Below, one piece after another: positions 11,726 to 22,472 of a DNA stretch of 64,000 nucleotides; position 1 is the first letter of the stretch, and every line of letters begins with the position of its first letter. The stretch lies in assembly GCA_047495785.1 (NCBI GenBank), contig JBLDXI010000013.1, positions 4,030,001 through 4,094,000 of the forward strand. Reading direction: 5' to 3'. The stretch comes from Lepidodermella squamata (Eukaryota; Animalia; Gastrotricha). Made by a program: the position numbers and the translations under genes. The notes under the pieces are model-generated. The model searched no databases and was not told where the DNA came from. It was given only the letters and a program-made list of their open reading frames with translations.

Positions 11726-14700
11726 TTAGATAGCCAGGACTTTCACAAAATTATTGACCAGCTCATCAATTTTAGCTGAATCCAAAGCAGCAGTTTTCTG
11801 CAAGAATGCAACAGCTTTCGCTTCGATCAATTCCCATTCATCACGACGCGATTTGAACTTATGGCGAAGAATTGCGACTCCAATCAGGGTCGCCAATACG
11901 ATGTCAGACAAGCCAGGCGCGGTTTGACCAGCCACAGTTTGCAATTCAGCTTTGTTTTTAGTTGCAGGTGAATTCAAGATGCTGGCAAACCCATCGCTGA
12001 GCAGCCAAGATCCATCCAATTTTTGAAGGCTGATGAACTGTTCCATGCTATCGCTTGATTCAGCTGTTGCCACCTCTCGCTCAAAGGACATTGCTATTTG
12101 GAAAAATGTAGATTTAAACGAATTCGGGAATTTTGCGGTAAAAAAATTAATTACATTTTCCCGCAACTGCACACCTGTCCAAACTCAGTGATTGTTGATC
12201 GAAGGATGCAGCTGAACGAGCGACGCATTGCGCTTGTTTCATTGGCGCGGCACACGGAACCGCCGCCGATCGCATCATCATTCTCGCACCGCCGAGAGCT
12301 TTACGCATGACAGCTGGCCTAGCAATGTCGATGAAACGCGGCTTTCCAGTGAAATCTTTGTTAACCTGACCAGTTGCAACGTCAACGGCGACCAGAGCCG
12401 TTTCACTGCACACAACCCCAGTTGCAACCGAAATTTCAGTTAGCCCGGTTTTATCATGGCCATGTTCAAGCTCTAGAATTCTCGCTTTTGCAGCCAAGCG
12501 ATGCAACGGCATTTCATCATCCGAGGCCGAATATTCATTTTCACCGATTTTTAGTGGCAATGTCTGGCTGAAATCAGCACCAGCAATTTTCGCCTCGAAT
12601 TTTGAATGACCTTCAACCGATTGGTTGCCGGATCGATGAAGCACTACGTACTGCATGATTGGCCTGCCTTGATAGGCAGCAGTTGGCGTGTTCTCCGGCA
12701 TTTTCGAGACAATTCTGCCGCCTATTGCAGCCCATGTTAGCTTGACGTCATCAGCAGCTGGGTTCGTCGATGCTTTCAGAAGTGAAATCACCTGTCCAGA
12801 AAAGAACATTGATCATTAATAAATTAACTCGAAAGCCTTGCGTCTATATAAGAATTTTGCTAAGAAATCGATTTTTTCGAATTTTTGGGAAAAACACTCC
12901 GAAAATGTCATTTTTTCTCGCATTCACTATTAAAATTCAGCTTTGTGCACTCAATCTATCGAAACGAAATTCTCATCAAAAATTGCTGTATCGACGAAAT
13001 CGCCAAAAATCGATATCAATATCGAACAAATCGATTTTTGGTGATTTTCGAATTATCGATGAGTGATGGACCTGATCTGGTTTCAAATTCGTTATCAGCG
13101 GTCCAGATTATTGTTAACCAGAAAATATCGACCGATCATGAGCAAAACTTAGGAATATACACCTCAATACACAACGGGGTGTAAATCGAGCACCATATGC
13201 ATGAAATATGTACATGTGTGTATTTGGCAGCCAATGTGTTAACGTCCAGAGTTCAGCCAACACGGAAAACAAAAGTAGGACAGGTTTGCTATGCGTTTCC
13301 ACGGAGCTCAAAAACACTTTTAATCATTGAGTCAAAATAGCTATTTATCGGAATAAAGTAGCCCAACACGGACTAGAACTTTAGAAGTTTTTCATAACTG
13401 GTGGATGCTAGCGAGGGTAGTTTTTCTAAAGCGATAAAATGATTGTAGTGCATTTTAAATTGTATTTTTAAGTGGTGGACGGCAATTAGTGCCGAAGTAA
13501 GTGATGTCAAGGAAAACATCGGCAAGGTTCCGATTTAGTTCAGCGAAACGCAGTGTCAGGAACAAAAAATGAAAGAATCAAAGTTTTTTGTGGCAAATTT
13601 GGTGTTACTATCTCTGGTAGGTAACGCCAACAGCCAACTAGGGATGCTCTCCTGCGGAACTTTGGTTCCACAATGGTCCCTGATAAATCACGCAGCGGAC
13701 ATATCTGCTTATTGGGACTATTATGCGATGGCTGGTCTGAATACAGCCGGCCAGCCAGCAAACACTACCCGCCTGACATCGGAAGGTGACATATGGCGTG
13801 AAACAGCGCTTTGGAACAAACAGGTTTGAGAATTTTCTTTAAATGTATCTTACTGCTTACTTATTCACATCACTATCAGCCGTTCATTACGGACGATTTT
13901 TACGTCGAAATTCTGGCTTACACAACATCGAACGACGGATATAATGGTGATGGGTTTATGGTATCAGTTTCAAAAAATTCCACTCTTGCCAGGCCGCCAG
14001 ACGGAAGTATAGTAAACTATTATAGATACGAAGTTGCTTTGCATCGGCTATTTTCAAGGTTCCTCTTTCGGGATGATTGAATCGTCATACCGGGGATTCG
14101 CCGCTCAATTTGTCTCATACACTTATACAATAGACCTGAGCGTTTATCAGACAGCAGGTAGTAAGACCCAACTGCTATACGAAGGGTTGAATTTGGAACC
14201 TTGGTTCATGGGCAGCTTTGTCATCCATAAATTACGAGTGCAAAACGGATCGTACATATCGGCAAGGCGCGAACAATTTTGATGAAATTAGGAATAAATG
14301 TCTCACTTTTTAGATAGCGATGTGCTTGCTAAACGGAACTTGTATTGGACCTTTTAACAGCAATTCACCTAAGAAGATCTCTAACCTATTCACGGGGCCA
14401 AAGATTCTTGGAATAAGTGGGCGCAGTGGAGAATACTCAGATACGCTCGACCTGTACTACGTAGCAGTGTACGACTGTGGACCGGGAACAACAACGACCA
14501 CCACCACCACCACATCTCAATCGAGTACCATTACATCGACCCCCACCACAACATCGACTACCCCTACAACGACAACCACTACAACGACAACCACTACCAC
14601 ACCCAGTACGAGTACTTCGACGACACCTACTACCCCTACCAAGACACCTACCACCCCAACTACTACAACCAGTACTACGACCACGACAACTAGCACCACC

Positions 14701-17700
14701 CCGACTACCCCAAGTACCACCACAAGCCCATCTACAACGGCTACTTCGACAACGGCAACTTCGACAACGGCTACTTCGACAACGACCCAACCCATTGGCT
14801 ACAAGATACCCCAGCCAGATACCCCATCTCTAGGCCTCCCCTACGCGTGGTCTAATGCTCCGGCGTATCTCGCACAGGAATCGTTCGATATAACAGATCC
14901 AACGGTAAATGCGACTGGTCAGCTGTCGATTCGAAAGTCAGCTCGAATAAATTCAACAGCTGGGGTTATGCTGAACGAGTATCAAAAAATAGACTACGGA
15001 TCAGCGGTTGTTGACAACGCTTTACCAGCTAGTTTGAGCTCAACACCCTTTCGCATTGAAATGGACGTAAGTTCGAAATATGCTGAAAATTCGACGGGTT
15101 TGTTCGTTTTCGGCATAGAAACCACTGATGCTAGCGTTGGTAAGTTATTGAATCGGCCGATATTGATCGAGCTATTTCGCATATTTCTTCAAGCCAATGA
15201 TTCTAACGGACGACCGGCGTCGATGAGCAACTACGACGGCCTGCATGTTTCGCTCCAAATCGGACAAGGAGGCATGTTGTACGTGACTTATGATGCAAAT
15301 GTAACAACGACAAGCACGCCATTACCGCTAACAAACGGCGGCTTTGGATCAGAACCAATTGGCATTTTTGACGCGTCAGGAAACGCACAATTCCGACTCA
15401 TCATTCAAAGTGTTGGCGATAAGGCAACGGTATATAATTGCCATCAATTTTTCAGGTTATAATGTGCCAATCGGATTTTCAAGGTTGCAATAGCTCGAAT
15501 TTCTGATGATGGCTCAAATTCAAACCCAATAATATTGCTTGATAACGTCGATATTCACGGTTTAAGTGCAAATCAAATCGCAAGCGGAAACGCCAAAATT
15601 CGGTTGTATGGTCTCAACGGAACAAGCGGGGACACTACGGTGAAAAACATGCGTGTATGGGCACTGCAAGCATCTGCGACCACAACTGGGCTGCCTACAA
15701 CCGCAGCATTGAGGACCTATGACTTCGGCACGAACGGCTCCGATTTTGGAGTTATTCCCAATCTGATCGATGGCAATGTGATTCCGCTGATTACGATCGA
15801 TGACTTGACACCTTGTTCCTTCCTCGATCCCATGAACAGGTAAGAGAAAGTTCTAGTGATTTCCGTATCGGAACGACTAAATTACCATGTAATGATTCTA
15901 TGTCGAAAAAATGTCATGATTATGGGATGAAGCCTGATTTTTATTTCAGCCATCCAAAAATTTTGAGGTCGTCAGTTTTAGAGTTTTGAAGCGATTTTTC
16001 CAGGGGAAAAATTCAGTCTTTTTAGCATATCTATCTGCCCCTCGTGTTTTAATCACCAGTTCGACAGGTTGTTCCATTATAAAATAGAATCCAATACCCC
16101 TTCTCATATTCTCATTATGGTTTTCAGGGCTCCGGATTTCGGCACGAAACTCTACATCACCATGGAATTAGATAGGTTGGAGTCTATCGACGTGAAATCA
16201 CGGCAGATTCTGGTCAGCGCAAAGCTTACTGTTCAGTGGATTGTACGCAGCTGCTCGAGAGAAGAGACAGCGCCCGATGTGAACGAAGCAGATCGCGTTT
16301 ACACGGTAGAACGCAATCAGGTGTGGATTCCAGGCATGCGATTCGCAAACACTTCAGTCGACGTCTACCTGGAGAATGGCTACAAAGATCAAACGCAAAT
16401 CGTCTTCTATCCGACAACACCGAATCGCACGCTATTTTTCCACTGGATTCGATACGGTGTCATCAAATCGACATGCGGCTTGAAACTCCGCAAGTATCCC
16501 TTCGACTCGCAGCAATGCGATTTTACGTTCATACTCGATGAGGCTGATAGATTCGTGAATTTCGGCGGGACCAAGCTGAGCTTCGATGAGTCGTTCCATA
16601 ACGAACTCTGGTGGCTAGATTCAGCCGTCTCCGCCTCAGGCCTCACCGCTTCGCCATTAAGGCGGAATGCCACGTCAGGCTACGCTCGCTTCACAGTGGG
16701 GTTCACGCGAGACCCAAAGCCTGTCATCATAAACAAAATGGCGCCCTGTGCCATTCTTACAGCACTTGTATTCGGGTCTCTCATCTTCGAGCCCGGAGTT
16801 CCCGACCGACCCGCCTTCACAGGGACGATCCTGCTCAGCCTGATAGTCACACAGGCTGATGTTCTCCAAGAGATCCCCGATACAACGGAGTCAGTGCTGT
16901 TAGCTGAGTACATATTGATTCTATGTGGTCTGACGGGCGCCTTGACGCTCTATGAAGCCGCTATGTTAGTGGCGACCTCTCGCCTTCCGTTCCTAATTGA
17001 CGATAATGGAAGGTTTGCTGTCATGAAAACAACAATGAGCTACGCCCGCGCGTTCGATGCCTCGGCATTCCTCATCCTTTTAGACGGATTTATCATTCTG
17101 AATGTCTACGCTTTCTTCGTTGTCTCGTAGCTGCCCGATCGATTGCGAAATAACGCACCGGCAGAACACTATTGACAGTTTTGCCTTCGATAATGCAACT
17201 CCAAAATTTGAAAAGCTTTGTTGTAATCGTTAAAAAACAGCCAGTGTTGTGCAGTATATTAAAAAAATTAAAAAAATTGCGAAAACTTTGAGCGAGGACA
17301 CCATTATGACAATCAAGCTATTGACCTTGAGTATAAATCAATATAATCCGATCAAAGTTGTTGAGCAAGTTTAGGGAAGCCAACTTCGATTCGATTTGAC
17401 ACCATTTTCAAACAACCCAAACTAAAAATGATCAACGTAGCTTTGGATTTTTGCAACTCTCGATCAAGTTCTTTTCATAATGCCTGATGTGCCGCTAGGT
17501 GAATTTTGAGTGAATTTTTCAAAGCCTAATGTGATTAACGGTTATGCAATCCGACTTGGCGGTGTCATTTTTCATCTTTTCCACGTTTTTTCCACGATTG
17601 CACTCGGCTGCTGAATCGAAAACGCCGAGATTCAAGACTTGACCTTCAGGTTCATAAGCATGGGCTATTATTGAGGACGCGCTTCAAGTTAAATGCATCA

Positions 17701-19303
17701 CTATAAAGATAATAGTCGTCTTAGGAGATAAATTCGTTTACTTTAATTCAGTTTAAAAAAAATCCACCCGCTAAAATGTGTTAATAATTGTTTCCAATTT
17801 TTCTTAATGTTTTCCCTGCGGAAGCCGTTGTGAGATACTGTATCGATATCGAACACGATACCAGATAAGAAGATCTCAAAAATCACGAATTTTCACCCAG
17901 AAAATGAAATAATATCTTACCTTAGCTTGAAGACGATCGTTTGAATTGCGAACAAACTCAGACAGGCCACCAGAGACCCGAGCCAGGCCATTAACCAACG
18001 CCGTACTAGCACCTTCGCCGATTCCAATCGCAAAAACTCGCGAATTGGCCGAATTTTTAGCCGCTAGACTAACAACCTGGTCCGTATTTCCAACTTCGCC
18101 GTCCGTCAGCAGCACAATAAAACGCCTCGATGCGGTAACAGGCTGGTTGTAGACGAACTCCAATGGCCGGTAGATTTCAGTCCCGCCCATGTTAGCCGAC
18201 ATTTCGCGAGCATGCTGCAGCGCCTTTTCAACAGTATCATCGGTGTAGTTAACCGATGCCGGGTTCAGCGCGGCGTAATTTGATCCGAATCCGATGATGT
18301 TGAATTTGCACGAACTTGGCAGGCTTTTCATAAATAGAATCAACGCGCTTTTCGCGTCTTCAATTTTCGAACCATTCATAGATCCGGAGCGATCGACAAT
18401 AAACCAATATTCATCATTTTTGCTACTCTGATTACCGGAATTATTCGCAGTCGATTCAGGTTCAAACCACGCGCAAGCTACGTCGTAAGATAGCCAGTCG
18501 GATTTACCAGCATCGGATCGGCCAGGTTCAACGAAAATCATCGGCTTAAAAGGTTCAGCTGGCACGATTCGAAGGCCAAATTCATGGTCGGGAACAAAGT
18601 CTCCGGTCAATTGAACCGAAGCGCTCACATTTTCTGCATCGAATTCTACCTTAATGTTGTCTTTTGCCTCGTTTATCGCCTTGATTTCCGTGATTTTAGA
18701 GGTTCGCCCTAAATTCACTTTCGCATCGAATGTCATGGTATAGGTGATGCGAGACATGGAAACATATGGCACTTTTCCATGGAAATATTCTTTCATTTTT
18801 TCCGGGTCTGAACTCATCTCAGCCGGTACATAGCGCGGGTTTAGGACTGATGGCAGTGAAAAGCTGAGACATCCATCAGAATCGCGGTCGATTGGCTGAA
18901 CATAACCGATCGTTACTTTGGCCGTTCCTTTTGATAGTAAATTTCCGAGCATTACACGGAAAACGTCCGGAGTTCCCGCTTGGCTTTCAAGCAAAGTAGC
19001 CGCATTTCCTGACTCTACAGCATCTTTGTACACCGCCTCGGCCTCTTTTCGCGGGCGGCATTCAGCTCGCAGCTTTTTACCGCCAATATCGGCTTCAAGT
19101 CGGTAGATAGCGGCCGTGTCAGATAGTGGGAAAACGTATTGACATTCGATTGTTTCTTCCAGGGTGTTTTCGTACTCCAGCTCAGCTGTCACGCCAACAG
19201 ACCAACCTCGAACATCGGCGTGAACGGCGATTTTTTTCAAGGGAATAGGAACGGGACCTTGCTTTAGTCGACATATCAAGCCACAATACCTTACTTCGGC
19301 CAT
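11726..19303 (-). CDS. VIT+vWA domain protein (VWA5A-like) paralog D. Exons 19303-17921, 12791-12155, 12093-11726
   Basis: VIT domain (IPLKKIAVHADV..IECQYVFPL..YRLEADIG), vWA MIDAS FIVDRSGSM and LLTDGEV, MPLHRLAAK and a C-terminal LQKLDGSW..EWELIEAKA. The junction RLQAK|VISLL across a 5129-bp intron matches the uninterrupted sequence in the paralogs. Confidence 0.9.
13569..17130 (+). CDS. Nested antisense gene: signal peptide + lectin-like + jacalin-like + Thr-rich mucin + ConA/L-lectin-like domain fused to a Cys-loop (pentameric) ligand-gated ion channel. Exons 13569-13823, 13880-~13960, ~14026-14261, 14314-15139, 15194-15429, 15484-15839, 16128-17130
   Basis: Channel part: DPMNR|APDFG..ITMEL..IDVKSRQ..VQW, VWIPG, Cys-loop CGLKLRKYPFDSQQC (C-x13-C) and four hydrophobic segments. 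Upstream: ILGISGRSGEYSDTLDLYY (jacalin-like) and GDGFM...FAAQFVSY (L-lectin-like). The exon 2/3 junction is ambiguous. Confidence 0.8.
14487..14790 (+). repeat. Thr/Ser/Pro-rich low-complexity mucin-like coding repeat, including ~3 copies of TCGACAACGGC(T/A)ACT (STTAT)
   Basis: About 100 codons dominated by ACN, seen directly. Confidence 0.9.
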
Positions 19304-19607
19304 TTTGGTAGAAAAATATATAATAAATCTATAGAAAATAGACGAAAATATGCGTTTTAATCCAATCAAATTGGCGAAGAATTGGCTTTTTAGCTATTAA
19401 GAAATCCACAATCAAATGCGCGTAGTAAAATATTCAGCAATCAAATTGCTTTTTTTGTCAAATTAAAAAAATCGAATTGAGGCTGAATTTGTACAAATTT
19501 CTTGAAAAGAAATCCTCAATCTTGAAGGGATGTAATTGCATATTTGAACTAAATTGCATCCCTAAGAACCCCAATAAAACCAGTTTGCAAGCTAACGCAA
19601 GCCTTGA

Positions 19608-22216
19608 TCACTTTAAAGAATCCAGTAGGTTAGAAATTGCGGCTTGCAATTTTTCGATTGCATCGAGATCTTTCAAGGTTTTTAAGGCTTTGCGTTCCAG
19701 CAACACCCATTCACATCGACGCGACAGAAATCTGCGGTGAAAAGTGACCAGAGCTAAGGATGTGGCTAGTTGCTCGTCATCCAGCCCAGTTAAAAGTGCA
19801 TTGTCCAGCTTATTTTTCAAATCACCTGTTGATTTAATTTTACTTGACGAGCAAATTGAGACCAATTCATCGCTTATAGCCCAGCTACCCGATAGACTTT
19901 GACTAGCTACGAGCCTGTCGAAATCGTCAGGCGGTGCTCTTGGAGTGATGTTCGTTGACTCACATGCACTGTCAGATTCCTCCGCTAGCTGACTTTTGAA
20001 TTGCAACTGATTTTTAACGATTTTCCGAATAAACTCAGTATGAACTGGTTCTCGTGGATTTTCGGTATCGACGGCAACAAAACTCGTGTATGAACTCAAA
20101 ATTCCAGTCGAAAGGGATATGGCCGTCAATTTCGCCTCTATTTCCTTCCACTCGGCCTCGGATTCAGCGAAAAATAGGTCGAATTCTAGGTCGAGAATGT
20201 GCGATTTTGCAGCTAATCGGTGCAAGGGCATAATACAATCATCTCCTAGAAAATAATAATTACGCATAAAAATCATGAATTCATTAGAAAAATATAATTA
20301 AGAGCGAAAACATATGGATTTGTTGATAAAAAAAATCGAACCACCTGTCAAACTGGTCTTTGTTGCAAAAGCACGTTTAATTTTGCGAGATCTTGATATC
20401 CTTACCTTCATTGGTGCACATTGGAATTGAGAAATCAAGCTGCTGGGACAGCTCCGAAGTTTCTAGAACCACTTTTCCCTCACAATTAATTTCAAATTTC
20501 CTGTCGATAACGGCATATTCCATGACAGGTTGCCTGAAATGCGTAGATTTTATACTCTCGTGCGGAACTTTCGATACAAGTTTAGCACGGGGGAAACTCC
20601 ATTCCAGTGAAACATTGTCGATTCTAGGTCCGATCGCTGTTTCTAACAGAGAAATGACTTTCCCTCTCAGATTATCACCAGGACTTCGTACAAATTCAGC
20701 TACGCCATTTGTAGCCCGGGCGACGCCGTCGATCAAAGCCGTACTAGCTCCTTCGCCTATGCCAATCGAATAAATCTGGCTAGTTGATTGTAACTGCCGG
20801 GCGATGTCGACGACCTCGGGTAAATTTTCGACCTCGCCATCAGTTAGCAAGAAAATCGACCGGCGCGCACCACCCTCCGGAGCCGGTTGCTTGCTGTGGA
20901 TGAAGCGGAGCGGGAATACTATCTGAGTACCGGTATAGTTCGCTTCCATCGTTTCAGCATAAGCCAGAGCTTTTTCCAAGGTTTTTTCGGTGTATTCTTC
21001 GCTGGAAATGAAAATAAAAATTTCAAATTTCGAAAAAAACGTCAAGAAATTTGAACCACGTCTAGTTCTACTTTCGACCTACTTCGTCTATATCGATGTT
21101 GAGCCTCGAAAAGGCTCAATTAGATTGTAAACGAAAACTCACGCATGTCTGAATAGAAAGTCGAACTGATATCCGAAGCCAACTACGTTGAATTTGCAGC
21201 CGAGTGGCAGGCTTTTGAGGAATAAAATCAACGCAGCGCGGGCCGATTCCATCCGCTCACCTTGCATCGACGGCGATCGATCGACAACAAACCAGAATTC
21301 ATCCCCGTTTACCGAATCGGGGTAGTCGAATTGAGACCGAGGCTCAAACCAAGCACATGCAACGTCGAAATCAAGCCAACTGCGGTCTTTTCGCACAACT
21401 TGTGATAGAAAGAACTTCCTTTTCGCAGCCAGGCCGGGTTCGACAAATAACATCGGTTTAAAGGGCTCGATAGGCATAATTTGAATAACAAGGTCGCGCG
21501 AAGTCAAGATTTCGCCTTCAGAAACAATTTTAGCCTCTGTTTTTGCCTCATTGAACTCAATGTTAACCGGGCAAAATTTTGATTCAATTTTTGAAATTGG
21601 CATTTGCGGTCCCAATGTAATTCGACCAAGAAACGAGCTGGCTGGGTTAGCTCGAGACGAGATTACCTTCTCGCTTTCATATTCGCAAGAGCCATATCTT
21701 TGATTTATAATTTGGGGTATATTCAGGGTGAAAGAACCATCTGATTCCCGCTCCAGCTGTTGGACGAACCCGAAAGTCACCATTGCCTCGCCCCCAGCAG
21801 GTAAATTTCCAAGCAAAACTTGAAAAACGTCCATATTCGAACCGTAATTACTCATTAAGGCGGCGAATTTTCCGCTATCAATGCCATCTCTGGAAAAAAT
21901 TGTTGGAAATTTTTCGATTTAAAATAACGAAGGCGTACTTGTAGATTTGCTCGGCCTCTCGCCGAGACCTGCAAACAGCTTTCAATTTTACCCCATCGAT
22001 TTCAGCTTCAAATCGGTAAACAGCAGCATGAATTGACAGCGGAAGGATGAACCAACATTCGGCTGCTTCTGGAAAGTTACTCAGATAAGCCAATTTACAA
22101 ACAACACCAGCCGCAATGCCCTGAACATCCACCTTGAAATCAATGGATTTCAACGGAAACTCCACTATCGAAGATTCTCGAACGCAAACAAGCCCAGGGC
22201 CAGCAAAATCTCCCAT
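19608..22216 (-). CDS. VWA5A-like paralog C. Exons 22216-21939, 21889-21143, 21001-20406, 20245-19608
   Basis: VIT domain, FVVDRSPSM (MIDAS), LLTDGEV, MPLHRLAAK and SQSLSGSW..EWVLLERKA; in-frame GT-AG junctions. Confidence 0.9.
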
Positions 22217-22472
22217 GTTATCCCTCTTTATTTTGCTATAATTTCTAAAATAAATGAAAAATGCAGCATTTCATGGAGAAAATATTATTAGCATCAGTCA
22301 AAATTGTGCATGAAGGCTCGAATATATTTAATCGCAAGCATCAAGAACTTTTCCAATAATGTAACAAATAAATTTTACAACATCACCAAGTTATAACAGG
22401 AATTAAGCTTGAAGCTTGAAATTTTAGAAAAAATCAATTTTCGTTTGTGTCACAAATTTTTGTTCGTTTTTT

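Noticed and set aside
14437-14833. Val-rich, Cys/Arg/Gly-rich and Pro/Arg-rich ORFs
   Set aside because: These are alternate readings of the Thr-codon repeat.
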